The notes under the pieces: model-generated | The model's database searches: none | What the model was told of the DNA's origin: nothing | Seen by the model: only the letters and a program-made list of their open reading frames with translations | Program-made: the position numbers and the translations under genes | Assembly: GCA_031402515.1 (NCBI GenBank) | Contig: JANNSK010000008.1 | Span: 9,717-73,716 of the forward strand | DNA length: 64,000 bases | Origin: Alphaproteobacteria bacterium | Lineage (GTDB): Bacteria; Pseudomonadota; Alphaproteobacteria; Rickettsiales; UBA3002 | Direction: 5' to 3' | Shown: positions 46,623-56,752 of the stretch, in pieces | How the letters are laid out: every line of letters starts with the position of its first letter | How positions within the stretch are numbered: position 1 is the stretch's first letter

Positions 46623-47285
46623 TTACACCGTCAGGCCGAGATGAGCCTCATGACCGGTGAAGCTGAGCAGAAGAACGATTGCCCGACTAACAACAGCACT
46701 GAACCAATCCATGACACCGAGCTGCGGCACGAAGATAAGCACCAGCAGGATAAGCATGCCGAAGCGTTCGGTCTTGGCATAAAGCTGCCCGAGTTTGCCG
46801 GGCATGAGCGCGCGCAGAATGCGCCCACCATCAAGCGGCAGCAACGGCAGCAGGTTGAACATCATCAGCATACTGTTGACGAGTACTCCGTGAAACAGAT
46901 TGGCGGCAAGCCAGTCTGCCTCGCCTGCCACTGGTGCGGGCAGCAGCAGCGCGCAACCGACAGCGAGCAGTAGATTGGTCGCGGGTCCAGCGAGCGCGAC
47001 CATGAACATACCGGGATAAAGCGGACGGAGATTATGGAAATTCACCGGCACCGGTTTGGCATAGCCGAACATCACCGGCGAATGGGCAAGCAGCAACAAT
47101 CCCGGAAGCAGCACCGTCCCCACCGGGTCGATATGGCGTAACGGGTTGGCGGTGATGCGGCCCAAGCGCCGTGCGGTGTCGTCACCGAAGCGCTCGGCCA
47201 TCCAGCCATGCGCCGCCTCGTGCAACGTGATGGCGAACAGCACCGGCAGCAGCCAGGTCGAGAAGGTATAGAGTGATAGGTCCAT
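46623..47285 (-). CDS. Site-2 protease family (peptidase M50) membrane protein
   Basis: HEAAHG zinc motif and NLLPLLPLDGG motif. Confidence 0.85.
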   Translation of the reverse strand: MDLSLYTFSTWLLPVLFAITLHEAAHGWMAERFGDDTARRLGRITANPLRHIDPVGTVLLPGLLLLAHSPVMFGYAKPVPVNFHNLRPLYPGMFMVALAGPATNLLLAVGCALLLPAPVAGEADWLAANLFHGVLVNSMLMMFNLLPLLPLDGGRILRALMPGKLGQLYAKTERFGMLILLVLIFVPQLGVMDWFSAVVSRAIVLLLSFTGHEAHLGLTV

Positions 47286-47306
47286 GATGTTTTTAAGCTA
47301 CGCGAC

Positions 47307-47849
47307 TTACCACGGCAGCATACGGCGCAGCACCGTGTCACCACGAATGAAGTGATGGTACAGTGCGGCGAGCAGATGCAACACGATGATGGCGATGAGT
47401 ACATACGCGCCGTATTCGTGAAGCTCGCGGAAGGTGCCGGCCCAGACTTTGCTTTTATCGACAAGGCTCGGAAGAGTGTACCAACCGAACACCGAAACCG
47501 GGTAGCCTGCGGCAGACGACATGCCCCAGCCGACCAGCGGCATGAACAGCATCATGAAATATAAAAGATAGTGCGTGCCGTGTGCGGCGAACCGCTCGAG
47601 GCTGCTCGTCTCGCCGGGCAAGGCAGGAACGATATTCATTTGCCGCCAGAGCAAGCGCAGCACGACGGCACCCAGTATCAATGCGCCTACTGCTTTATGG
47701 ATGCCGTAGATTTCCATTTTCTCAGGGCCTTTTTCCATACCGATCATATAAAGCCCAACCGCCAGCATACCGATGATGGCGATGGCCATCATCCAATGGA
47801 AAAATTTGGCGATGATGCCGTAAGTGAACACGGTATTACGCAGGCACAT
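47307..47849 (-). CDS. Cytochrome b561 family protein
   Basis: 180 aa, four TMs, conserved His (FHWMMA, HKAVG, HYLLY, HLLAALYHH). Confidence 0.8.
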   Translation of the reverse strand: MCLRNTVFTYGIIAKFFHWMMAIAIIGMLAVGLYMIGMEKGPEKMEIYGIHKAVGALILGAVVLRLLWRQMNIVPALPGETSSLERFAAHGTHYLLYFMMLFMPLVGWGMSSAAGYPVSVFGWYTLPSLVDKSKVWAGTFRELHEYGAYVLIAIIVLHLLAALYHHFIRGDTVLRRMLPW

Positions 47850-47871
47850 AGCTCCTCCGTATCAAAGGGTG

Positions 47872-49509
47872 TTAGCGCTGGTAACGTGAGCCGGGCAGGA
47901 ACCCTTCGCGCTGGCCGTAAGGATTGGCGGCTACGCCGAGGTCGGTGATGCTGCCGCAGCGCAGTTTCTCTGCCGGAATGGTGGTGCAGAGATTACGAAT
48001 CGATTCCGCGCGGGCGAAGGGGCCAATACGCAATGACACGGCCGTATGGCCTCGCAACTGCGCCTGATAGGGCGAGGTAACGCGCACGCGCACCACCGGA
48101 AAATCCGGATGGGCCTGACGATACGCTTCCCAGTAACCAAGCGCGGCTTGCGCATCGACGAACTGGCCAATCTGCGCCCATAATGTTTTCTGACCCAGTG
48201 TCGAAGAAGGGCTGAGCGATACGGGTGGTTGTTGCACGACCGGTACAGCAGCAACAGGTTGTGAAACAGACGGTGGTACGACGTCTTCCGTCAGCGGTAC
48301 GCGCTGCGCTTCACCGACACGGACATTGCCTTCGCCTGCGGCGATTTTCTCCGCGCCACCTTCGGGCACGCTTGGGCTCGACTTAAACGGTGCCACAGAC
48401 GGCGCGGCAGCAACGACAGGGAGATCTCCGGTTTTCATTGGTGGTGCGATGGGTGTTGCTTCCACCTTGGGAACAGCGGGAGCAACCATCGGCTGTCCGG
48501 CGGCGAGCGCCGCACGATCCTGCGCTCTCAGAGGAGCGGGCGGTGGCGGTAACTGGAACGGTCCGTTATCCACGATAGGAGGCTGAGACATCGCAACCGC
48601 AGGTGCGGATGGTACAAGAGCAGGAACAGCCGGTGCCGACGCAACCACCGGCACTTGCCCGGTTTCCAATGGACGCCAGCCGGGACGCGCGGTCGGATCA
48701 ACCGTGAACGGATTCGGGCGCGCCGCAACCGTTTCGACCGGCACGGATGCTTCCTTCACGCTCGTCGGTGTGGCAGCGGGCTTTACAGCAACTTTCTTTT
48801 TTTCTTCATCATCGCTGAATGGGTTGAGGTGCCACCAGAAGGAACGTGATTTTTCTTTGACTTCCCTCGTTGGTAGTTTGGCCGCAACCGGCGCGGCGGG
48901 CGCTGCAGCCACGACCATGGGTTGTTCGCCTGCCGCTTCGGCAAGCGCCATATCCATGGGTTTTTCGTTCTTCCACGGCATGGGAGCGGCGGCGGGCAGT
49001 TCCTGCGGCGGCATATCGCTGAAGCCCGGCGCAGGCATGGTGGTGCTGCTGGCAATCGCCGCTTCATTCGCCGGGTCGCGCGCTATCTGTACGGCAGCCG
49101 GGTTTGTTTGTGTGACGGGCTCCAGCGGCGCGGCGGCGGCGGTATCTACTGCGGGCTTGGCAGTGCCGATCGGTACGTTCTGTTCGACCATCGCAGTTTC
49201 CACGACATAACAATCATCGCCGGAGCCGGCTAGCTTGGCGCAGACCGCCTGCGCATCGGCGCGTGTATTGAGCGGACCGGCCTGTGTGCGATAGACGGTG
49301 AGGTTATCCGGCGGCAGGGTGATCTCACGCACGCTGGTGGTGAGAGAACCCAGCGCGGCAGCGTTCTTGCTTTTTATGGCGACGAGGTGCGAGGCCGCTT
49401 CATCCTTGCTCTCGAATGAGCCAAACTGGAGCATGAACACGGGAGCGGCGAGCGCGCTGGTAGCCAGCAGCGAGGCGGCAACAGCGATGGCAGGGAAACG
49501 ATATCTCAC
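47872..49509 (-). CDS. SPOR domain-containing protein with a Pro/Ala-rich linker
   Basis: Signal peptide and an N-terminal SPOR-like fold (FMLQFGSFESKDEA...). Long PA-rich spacer, then a C-terminal SPOR (WAQIGQFVDAQAALGYW...LRIGPF). Confidence 0.75.
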   Translation of the reverse strand: MRYRFPAIAVAASLLATSALAAPVFMLQFGSFESKDEAASHLVAIKSKNAAALGSLTTSVREITLPPDNLTVYRTQAGPLNTRADAQAVCAKLAGSGDDCYVVETAMVEQNVPIGTAKPAVDTAAAAPLEPVTQTNPAAVQIARDPANEAAIASSTTMPAPGFSDMPPQELPAAAPMPWKNEKPMDMALAEAAGEQPMVVAAAPAAPVAAKLPTREVKEKSRSFWWHLNPFSDDEEKKKVAVKPAATPTSVKEASVPVETVAARPNPFTVDPTARPGWRPLETGQVPVVASAPAVPALVPSAPAVAMSQPPIVDNGPFQLPPPPAPLRAQDRAALAAGQPMVAPAVPKVEATPIAPPMKTGDLPVVAAAPSVAPFKSSPSVPEGGAEKIAAGEGNVRVGEAQRVPLTEDVVPPSVSQPVAAVPVVQQPPVSLSPSSTLGQKTLWAQIGQFVDAQAALGYWEAYRQAHPDFPVVRVRVTSPYQAQLRGHTAVSLRIGPFARAESIRNLCTTIPAEKLRCGSITDLGVAANPYGQREGFLPGSRYQR

Positions 49510-49694
49510 TGAAAGATCCTCAGAGTTGAGTGCTTGCGGATGGTCTTGTTCTATGAATTAACGATTGTGTCTAGGCGAATCACCCCTGTGGCGCAAGCGG
49601 TTTTTCCAGTGGCCACACAGGCGGTTGTGGATGAAAGCTTCAGTAATTAATGATTTTTCTTTTCATTCATGGCCAGCTTCGTTAGGCACGCGGT

Positions 49695-51266
49695 ATGAAT
49701 GTTTATGCACAGTCGGCCAAAGCTTGGCCATTCGAGGAAGCGCGCGCCATCCTCGCTCGCCTTCAGACAACGAAGAACGACAAAGGCTACGTATTGTTTG
49801 AAACTGGCTATGGCCCCTCCGGCCTACCCCATATTGGCACGTTCGGCGAGGTCGCCCGCACCACCATGGTCCGCAGTGCGTTCGAGCAATTATCAACCAT
49901 TCCAACTAGACTCATTTGTTTCTCCGACGATATGGATGGTTTGCGCAAGGTGCCGGAGAATCTACCCAATGGCGAGATGCTCGCCGCGAACCTCGGCAAG
50001 CCACTCACCTCTGTCCCCGACCCGTTTGGCACGCATGAGAGTTTCGGCCATCATATGAACGCGCGCCTCTGCGCCTTCCTCGACACGTTCGGCTTCGACT
50101 ACGAATTCAAATCCTCGACCGCTACTTATAAGGGTGGAGAGTTTAACAAAACACTGCTCACCCTCCTCGCCCATTACGATAAGGTCATGGAAGTGATGCT
50201 GCCCACCTTGGGCGAGGAACGCCAGCAAACCTATTCGCCATTCCTTCCTGTCTCACCACACTCGGGAAAAGTGCTGCTCGCCAAGGTGGTAAAGGTCGAC
50301 ACCGCAAAGGGCACCATTACTTATGTTGAGGAAGATGGCTCGGAAGAAACCGTGCCAGTGACCGGCGGCCACTGCAAGCTACAATGGAAGCCGGATATGG
50401 GCATGCGCTGGGCGGCGCTCGGCGTTGATTACGAAATGTACGGCAAGGACCATCTGGCTTCCGCGCCACTGTATGATTCGATTTGCAAAATCGCCGGAGG
50501 AAAGCCACCAGCACAATTCATGTTCGAATTGTTCCTCGACGAAAAGGGCCAGAAGATTTCCAAATCGAAAGGCAACGGCATCACGATTGACCAATGGCTG
50601 ACCTATGCGCCGCAGGAGAGCCTCGCACTTTATATGTTCACCTCGCCGCGTAAAGCGAAGAAACTGTATTTCGACGTCATCCCACAACAGGTCGACGATT
50701 ACCTGACGCATCTGGAGAAATACACCGCAATGGATGCGGCACAAAAGCTTGAGAACCCCGTCTGGCATATCCACCAAGGCAAGGTGCCCACACCCGAAAG
50801 CCCCATCAAGTTCAGCCTGCTGCTCAACCTCGCCTCGGCCTGCAATGCGGAGAATGCGTCGGTGCTGTGGGGTTTTATCACCCGCCATAGCCCGCAAGCA
50901 ACACCGGCCACCTGCCCCTTCCTCAACAAACTCGTCGCCTACGCGGTGAAATATTACGACGACTTCGTGAAGCCAACCAAATCATTCCGCTTAGGCTCCG
51001 ACACCGAACACACGGCGCTCGGCGAACTGCGCGCGTATCTTATGTCAGCTGATGGTCAGGATGGAGAAACCATCCAAACCAAAGTCTATGAAATCGGCGT
51101 CACCCATTTCGGCAAAGAAAATCTGCGCGAATGGTTCAAGGCCACATACGAATTACTCCTTGGCCAGTCGCAGGGCCCGCGTCTGGGCTCGTTCATCGCC
51201 CTGTTCGGCATCAGTGAGACCATCGCCCTCATTGACACCGCGCTGGCGCGCAAGGTCGCTGCGTAA
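49695..51266 (+). CDS. lysK: Lysine--tRNA ligase, class I
   Basis: HIGT (HIGH-type) and KISKSKGNG (KMSKS) motifs. 523 aa, class I LysRS architecture. Confidence 0.9.
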   Translation: MNVYAQSAKAWPFEEARAILARLQTTKNDKGYVLFETGYGPSGLPHIGTFGEVARTTMVRSAFEQLSTIPTRLICFSDDMDGLRKVPENLPNGEMLAANLGKPLTSVPDPFGTHESFGHHMNARLCAFLDTFGFDYEFKSSTATYKGGEFNKTLLTLLAHYDKVMEVMLPTLGEERQQTYSPFLPVSPHSGKVLLAKVVKVDTAKGTITYVEEDGSEETVPVTGGHCKLQWKPDMGMRWAALGVDYEMYGKDHLASAPLYDSICKIAGGKPPAQFMFELFLDEKGQKISKSKGNGITIDQWLTYAPQESLALYMFTSPRKAKKLYFDVIPQQVDDYLTHLEKYTAMDAAQKLENPVWHIHQGKVPTPESPIKFSLLLNLASACNAENASVLWGFITRHSPQATPATCPFLNKLVAYAVKYYDDFVKPTKSFRLGSDTEHTALGELRAYLMSADGQDGETIQTKVYEIGVTHFGKENLREWFKATYELLLGQSQGPRLGSFIALFGISETIALIDTALARKVAA

Positions 51267-52105
51267 TGAGCAAGCCCACCTTCCAAACCATCGCCGCCAC
51301 GTATGACGGGTTCATCATCGACCTATGGGGCGTGGTGCATGACGGCACGGAATTGTATCCCGGCGCGGCGGAAGCACTTGGCTGGCTCCATGCGCAAAAA
51401 AAGCCCGTCGTATTTTTGTCGAACGCACCTCGCGTCGCCGCCAAAGCCACCGCGCGCCTCACCGAGATGGGCATCCCGCACGCACACTATATCGATATCA
51501 TCACCTCCGGTCAGGCGGCGCATGACTGGCTAAAGGGCAGCAACAAATTCGGCAAAAAATACTTTTACCTCGGCCCCAGCAAGGACGAGGATATTCTCAT
51601 TGACCTTGCCGAATACCAGCGCGTCAATGATATCACGGACGCGGATTTTGTGCTGAACACCGGTTACCAATACGACTTCCAGCCCGAGAAAGAAATCCTG
51701 CCGCTCCTCGCTAAATTAGTGATGGAGGGAAAACCATTCCTCTGTGTTAACCCTGACCTCGAAGTAGTGAAACAGGACGGCACGCAGATGCTTTGCGCCG
51801 GGCAGGTCGCGGCTGAATACCAGAGGCTCGGCGGCAGCGTCACCTATGTCGGCAAGCCGCACGCAAAAGTATATGAAACATGCCGCAAACTATTACCCAA
51901 AGGCAGGCTGCTCGCCATCGGCGATAATCTTGTCACCGACATCAAAGGCGCCAACGATGCCAAGCTCGACGCGCTGCTCATCACCGGTGGCGTGCTGAAG
52001 GCGCAATACAAGAAAGTCTTAGGTCCCGCTGAAGCCATGGGCGTCTGCGGCCAGGCAGGCGTGCACGCCGAATATGTGTTACCGACTTTTTCCCTCAGCC
52101 AGTAA
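51266..52105 (+). CDS. HAD-superfamily class IIA hydrolase
   Basis: DLWGVVHDG, SNAPR and GDNLVTDIKGA motifs. Confidence 0.8.
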   Translation: MSKPTFQTIAATYDGFIIDLWGVVHDGTELYPGAAEALGWLHAQKKPVVFLSNAPRVAAKATARLTEMGIPHAHYIDIITSGQAAHDWLKGSNKFGKKYFYLGPSKDEDILIDLAEYQRVNDITDADFVLNTGYQYDFQPEKEILPLLAKLVMEGKPFLCVNPDLEVVKQDGTQMLCAGQVAAEYQRLGGSVTYVGKPHAKVYETCRKLLPKGRLLAIGDNLVTDIKGANDAKLDALLITGGVLKAQYKKVLGPAEAMGVCGQAGVHAEYVLPTFSLSQ

Positions 52106-52621
52106 TTCGCGGATTTCTTCCTGTTCACCGGACTGCGTCCAGTCGGTGGCGCCGTTATAGCGGTAGCGCAGTACGCCTGCGCGATCGATGAGAAGTGTCG
52201 CCGGCAGGCCGAAGCCCCCGAGCGTGCGCTGAAACCCACCACCGGCATCGATTGCAAGATGCGGCAAATCGAGATCCTCATCATCGAATAGGCGGCGCAG
52301 GTCAGCGAAAGTTTTATCGGTATCGACCGAAAGCGGGATGACCACCAGCCCCTCCGCTCCCAACGCCTGCTCCAGCCTATCGAGGGTGGGCAGTTCCTCA
52401 AGGCAGGGCGTGCACCAGGTCGCCCACAGATTCAGCACCACCACTTTGCCCTTAAAATCGGCGAGTGTGTGGCGCTTGCCCTTATCCATCGCCATCTTGT
52501 CTGCAGGGGTGGCGGCGTTTTCCAGCGGAATCCAGCGGTAAAGAATCGGCATGCCGGCAAACGCGCTTGCGGAAATCATTGCGAGGATGCTGGCAAAAAT
52601 GATATGTCGGATAAATCGCAT
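52079..52621 (-). CDS. tlpA: TlpA-family periplasmic thiol:disulfide oxidoreductase
   Basis: WATWCTPC thioredoxin motif. Signal anchor from MRFIRHIIFASIL. Divergent from argH, as in many alphaproteobacteria. Confidence 0.8.
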   Translation of the reverse strand: MRFIRHIIFASILAMISASAFAGMPILYRWIPLENAATPADKMAMDKGKRHTLADFKGKVVVLNLWATWCTPCLEELPTLDRLEQALGAEGLVVIPLSVDTDKTFADLRRLFDDEDLDLPHLAIDAGGGFQRTLGGFGLPATLLIDRAGVLRYRYNGATDWTQSGEQEEIRELLAEGKSR

Positions 52622-52635
52622 AATAGGGACTGTAC

Positions 52636-54036
52636 GTGAAATCAAAATCGAAAGCAAAAGCCAACCCGATGTGGGGCGGGCATTACGCAGGAGGTCCGGC
52701 CAAGGCCTTCGCGGCAATTAACCCGTCAATCGATGTCGATAAGCGGCTGTACGCCGAAGACATCAAAGGCTCGATTGCACATACGCGGATGCTGGCCAAG
52801 CAGAAAATCATCCCGGCGAAGGATGCGCAAAAAATTGAGCAGGGCCTGAAACAAATCGAACACGAAATCGCCTCGGGAAAATTTGTATTCAGCGCCGCGC
52901 TCGAAGACATCCACATGAATGTCGAGGCACGACTAAAAGAGCTCATCGGCGATGCAGCAGGCAGGTTGCACACTGCACGCTCGCGTAACGACCAGGTGGC
53001 GACCGACCTGCGCCTCTATACACGTGAAGCGCTGCAATCGCTCGACGGCGCATTGTGTGCACTGCAGGCCGCGCTGATTGGGCAGGCGGAGAAACATGTC
53101 GAAACCTACATGCCCGGCCTCACGCACTTACAACCGGCGCAACCGATCAGCTTCGCTCATCACCTGATGGCCTATGTCGAAATGCTTGCGCGTGACCGCT
53201 CGCGGCTGGTCGATGCGCGCGGGCGACTGAACGAATCGCCGCTGGGCGCTGCAGCACTTGCCGGCACCGCCTACCCTATCGACCGCGCGATGACGGCGAA
53301 GGAACTTGGTTTCGCCCGCCCCATGAAAAATTCGCTCGACGCCGTCGCCGACCGCGATTACGTGGTGGAGATTCTCGCCGCACTTTCCATCCTCGCCATA
53401 CATTTGTCGCGCCTCGCCGAGGAACTGATTTTCTGGTCGTCACCGCTCATCGGCTTTGTCACCTTGAGTGAGGATTTCACCAGCGGCTCCTCCATCATGC
53501 CGCAAAAACGCAATCCGGATGCGGCTGAACTGATTCGCGGCAAAACCGGCGGCGTCACCGGCGCGCTCGTCGCCACGCTCACCATGCTGAAATCCTTGCC
53601 GCTCGCCTATAATAAAGACATGCAGGAAGACAAACGCCCCTTCTTCTCCGCGCTTGACGACATCACGCTCATGGTCCCCGCCATGGAGGGGATGATCGCA
53701 TCGCTCACCGCCAACAAACGGCGCATGCGCGAGGCCTGCACCAAAGGTCATCTCAACGCGACCGACCTTGCCGACTGGCTGGTAACAAAACTCGGCGTCA
53801 CTTTCCGCGAAGCGCATGCGCTAACCGGCAAGCTGGTGAAGCTCGCTGAAAAGAAAGACATCGCGCTGGATGCGTTAAGCCTCGCTGATATGCGTTCCGT
53901 GCACAATGGCATCACCAAAGATGTCTACAAAGCCATCACGCTCGATGCTTGTGTCGCGCGGCGAACCAGCTTTGGCGGTACAGCACCCGTTCGCGTGTAC
54001 GTCGCCATTGCCGCCGCAAAGAAGGAGTGCCTATGA
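52636..54036 (+). CDS. argH: Argininosuccinate lyase
   Basis: GSSIMPQKRNP signature. 466 aa. Confidence 0.95.
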   Translation: MKSKSKAKANPMWGGHYAGGPAKAFAAINPSIDVDKRLYAEDIKGSIAHTRMLAKQKIIPAKDAQKIEQGLKQIEHEIASGKFVFSAALEDIHMNVEARLKELIGDAAGRLHTARSRNDQVATDLRLYTREALQSLDGALCALQAALIGQAEKHVETYMPGLTHLQPAQPISFAHHLMAYVEMLARDRSRLVDARGRLNESPLGAAALAGTAYPIDRAMTAKELGFARPMKNSLDAVADRDYVVEILAALSILAIHLSRLAEELIFWSSPLIGFVTLSEDFTSGSSIMPQKRNPDAAELIRGKTGGVTGALVATLTMLKSLPLAYNKDMQEDKRPFFSALDDITLMVPAMEGMIASLTANKRRMREACTKGHLNATDLADWLVTKLGVTFREAHALTGKLVKLAEKKDIALDALSLADMRSVHNGITKDVYKAITLDACVARRTSFGGTAPVRVYVAIAAAKKECL

Positions 54037-54224
54037 CACGCGCACTACTTATGGTAATGGCTGCACTGATGCTAACTTCCTGTGGCGTCAAGCGGCCGCT
54101 GATGAAGCCGGAAGATATTGCTGCTCATGAAGAAAAACGCGCAAAGGAGAACGAGCAGCGTGAGGTGGACCGCAAGGCGGAAGAGCAGCGAAGACAAATG
54201 CTGCAAGCCATTCAACCTCGGTAG
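54033..54224 (+). CDS. Small lipoprotein (LptM/YifL-like)
   Basis: MTRALLMVMAALMLTSCGVKRPL: lipobox plus a CG.K.PL motif. Its ATG overlaps the argH stop. Lies immediately upstream of lysA. Confidence 0.6.
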   Translation: MTRALLMVMAALMLTSCGVKRPLMKPEDIAAHEEKRAKENEQREVDRKAEEQRRQMLQAIQPR

Positions 54225-54225
54225 C

Positions 54226-55479
54226 ATGATGGATTATTTCAACCACCGCGACGGTGAGCTCTACGCAGAAGATATCGTCCTGCATGATATCGCCAACAAA
54301 GTCGGCACACCGTTTTATTGCTACTCCGCGGCGACGCTTACCCGCCATGCCGAAGTATTTAAAGATGCATTAAAACAATTAAAGCCACTCGTCTGTTTTG
54401 CGGTGAAAGCCAACAGCAACCTCGCTGTTTTGAAACTACTCGGCAAGACTGGCCTCGGCGCGGATGTTGTTTCTGAAGGTGAAGCGCGGCGGGCAATGGC
54501 GGCAGGAATTCCTGCCAGTCGCATCGTGTTTTCCGGTGTTGGCAAACAGCCGGGCGAGATGCGCTATGCACTTGAGCAAGACATTCTACAATTCAATGTC
54601 GAGTCCGCATCGGAACTTCATACGCTCTCTGAGGTGGCAGGCTTACTTGGAAAAAAAGCCCGGGTTGCACTGCGGGTAAACCCCGATGTCGATGCGGCGA
54701 CGCACGTCAAAATCTCCACCGGGAAAAAAGAGAATAAATTCGGCATCAGTATGGATGACGCGCCGGCACTCTATGCCACGGCGACACTACTTTCCGGCAT
54801 TGATGTCGTCGGTGTGTCGGTGCATATCGGCTCACAGCTTACGTCGCTTGAACCCTTCCGCGACGCCTATTTGCGCGTACGTTCACTCGTTGAGTTGCTG
54901 CGCGCGCGTGGCATCGCCGTGCGTACCATCGACCTCGGTGGCGGGCTTGGCGTACCGTATGATGGCGAAGCGCCGCCCTTGCCTTCGGCTTATGGCGAAA
55001 TGGTTTCAGAAGTATTCTCCGGCCTCAATGCACAATTCATTTTTGAGCCCGGCCGCATGATTGCCGCCAATGCAGGCATTCTGGTCACCCGCGTCATTTA
55101 TGTCAAACACAGCGAACGCAGCTATGTCATCGTCGATGCCGGAATGAACGATCTCATGCGCCCGGCGCTTTACGATGCGCGCCATGCTGTCGTTGCCGTT
55201 ACTGAGACCAAAGCGAAGGAAGCTGTTGTCGACCTCGCAGGCCCAGTCTGTGAGTCAAGCGACGTGTTCGTGAAAGATTTAAAAATCCCGATGCCGCAAG
55301 AAGGTGACCTTCTCGCGCTACGCAGCGCGGGCGCCTACGGTGCTACCATGTCGAACAGCTATAACTCACGCCTGCTGATTCCCGAAGTATTGGTGAGTGG
55401 CAAGAAGTTCTCTGTCATCCGCGCCCGACCATCATACGCTGATATGTTGAAGCAGGATGTGGTTCCGGATTGGGTTTAG
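54226..55479 (+). CDS. lysA: Diaminopimelate decarboxylase
   Basis: FAVKANSN (PLP Lys), GGGLGVPY, CESSD motifs. Start taken at MMDYFNH. Confidence 0.92.
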   Translation: MMDYFNHRDGELYAEDIVLHDIANKVGTPFYCYSAATLTRHAEVFKDALKQLKPLVCFAVKANSNLAVLKLLGKTGLGADVVSEGEARRAMAAGIPASRIVFSGVGKQPGEMRYALEQDILQFNVESASELHTLSEVAGLLGKKARVALRVNPDVDAATHVKISTGKKENKFGISMDDAPALYATATLLSGIDVVGVSVHIGSQLTSLEPFRDAYLRVRSLVELLRARGIAVRTIDLGGGLGVPYDGEAPPLPSAYGEMVSEVFSGLNAQFIFEPGRMIAANAGILVTRVIYVKHSERSYVIVDAGMNDLMRPALYDARHAVVAVTETKAKEAVVDLAGPVCESSDVFVKDLKIPMPQEGDLLALRSAGAYGATMSNSYNSRLLIPEVLVSGKKFSVIRARPSYADMLKQDVVPDWV

Positions 55480-56018
55480 TGGACGTCCAAGTACCCGATG
55501 AACGGTAGCTCGCGGTAATGATTGGCGTAGTCCAAGCCATAACCGACGACGAATTTATCGGGGATGGAGAACCCGACGAAATCAGCCTTCACCGAGACAT
55601 CGAGCTTGCCGGGTTTCTCAAGCAGTACGGCGATTTTTACTGAATCTGCGCCACGCCCCGTGATGAGCTCACGAGCTGCGCTGAGCGTGCGCCCGGTTTC
55701 TAAAATATCGTCAACGATGAGGACGGATTTTCCTTTGACATCATCGGCAAGATCGCGACCGATATGCACCTCTCCGGAACTTTCTTTGCCAGCACCATAA
55801 CTCGACAGCGTTATAAAATCGATCTGCGGATGCACACCGATAGCATAGAGCTCGCGCACGAGATCGGCGGTGAACATGAACGAGCCACGCAGCAGCGAGA
55901 CAATCAGGAAATCCCCGGAAATCTTGACGGCAATTTCAGAGGCCAGCGCTTCCACCCGCTCTTTGATCTCGGCAGCGGTAAACAGCACGGGGATTGAACG
56001 CTTCGCAGATTTCATCAT
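55476..56018 (-). CDS. hpt: Hypoxanthine phosphoribosyltransferase
   Basis: VLIVDDILETGRTL PRPP-binding motif. 180 aa. Confidence 0.9.
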   Translation of the reverse strand: MMKSAKRSIPVLFTAAEIKERVEALASEIAVKISGDFLIVSLLRGSFMFTADLVRELYAIGVHPQIDFITLSSYGAGKESSGEVHIGRDLADDVKGKSVLIVDDILETGRTLSAARELITGRGADSVKIAVLLEKPGKLDVSVKADFVGFSIPDKFVVGYGLDYANHYRELPFIGYLDVH

Positions 56019-56752
56019 CGCCAGCTCAGTTCCATCGGATGGCCGAGGTCGACCACGATAGTCGCCACCCTGTCGCCGAGGCCAATTTTGATATCCTCAA
56101 CACCGAACGGGTACACCTCCTCAACTTTTAGCACGTGATGCACCGGGTATTTACGCGACCAGACAGTTTCGCCCGCCTTATCCCGGAGGGCGACGCGTAC
56201 TTCGGGCAGCATGCGTTCACTATCCGCATGATTGGCGATGGAACCTTTGAGGATGAATTGGGTGCGGCCACCCTTTTCTTCCCGGCGTTCGATGCTAACG
56301 GTGTTAAAAACCAGTCCCTGCGTATCGGTAACGCCGAGGGATGCATAAATTTTTTCTAACTCCGGGCGGTATTGCCACGTAGGGAAATGACCGATGAGGG
56401 CGATGGTAAGCCACGACGCGGCGAGAACGCTCGCCCCAAGCATGAACGGCCAGACGGGGATGTTGCGCTTTTTGATGACGGGTACTTTGCGGGCGGCATC
56501 ACCCTCGAGTTTCGGTGCAGACGCCTCTGGACTTTCCGCCGCCCGCTCGGCGAGCGTCGCAAAATCAACCGTGACTTCTTTGGTGAGCGTTGCCTGCTCG
56601 GCAGCAGCCGTCACAGCCACTTCCGGCGGCCGCGTTGGTTGCACAAACCATTGGTGGGTGCAGGAGCCACAACGCACAGTGCGTCCGGCCGACGGGATCA
56701 GCGCATCGGCCACCAGAAAGCGGGCTTGGCAAGTTGGGCATTCGAGAATCAT
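56015..56752 (-). CDS. MJ0042-type zinc-ribbon protein with TM and DUF3426-like C-terminus
   Basis: MILECPTCQARFLV...VRCGSCTHQW, followed by one TM. Confidence 0.75.
   Translation of the reverse strand: MILECPTCQARFLVADALIPSAGRTVRCGSCTHQWFVQPTRPPEVAVTAAAEQATLTKEVTVDFATLAERAAESPEASAPKLEGDAARKVPVIKKRNIPVWPFMLGASVLAASWLTIALIGHFPTWQYRPELEKIYASLGVTDTQGLVFNTVSIERREEKGGRTQFILKGSIANHADSERMLPEVRVALRDKAGETVWSRKYPVHHVLKVEEVYPFGVEDIKIGLGDRVATIVVDLGHPMELSWR

Larger units (their letters stand above)
41851..46625. mobile_element. Small integrative island at the 3' end of tRNA-Ser (integrase, AlpA, three-gene cargo)
   Basis: The integrase sits next to the tRNA. The tRNA 3' end tcaccctctccgccatta recurs as tcaccct--ccgccatta at 46610..46625. 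GGGTAGA arm-type repeats occur near both ends. The cargo genes are AT-richer. Confidence 0.6.

Noticed and set aside
46351-46623. 90-aa minus-strand ORF at the right end of the island
   Set aside because: It has no recognisable features or RBS context. It spans the putative arm-site and attR region, so it is more likely non-coding island end.
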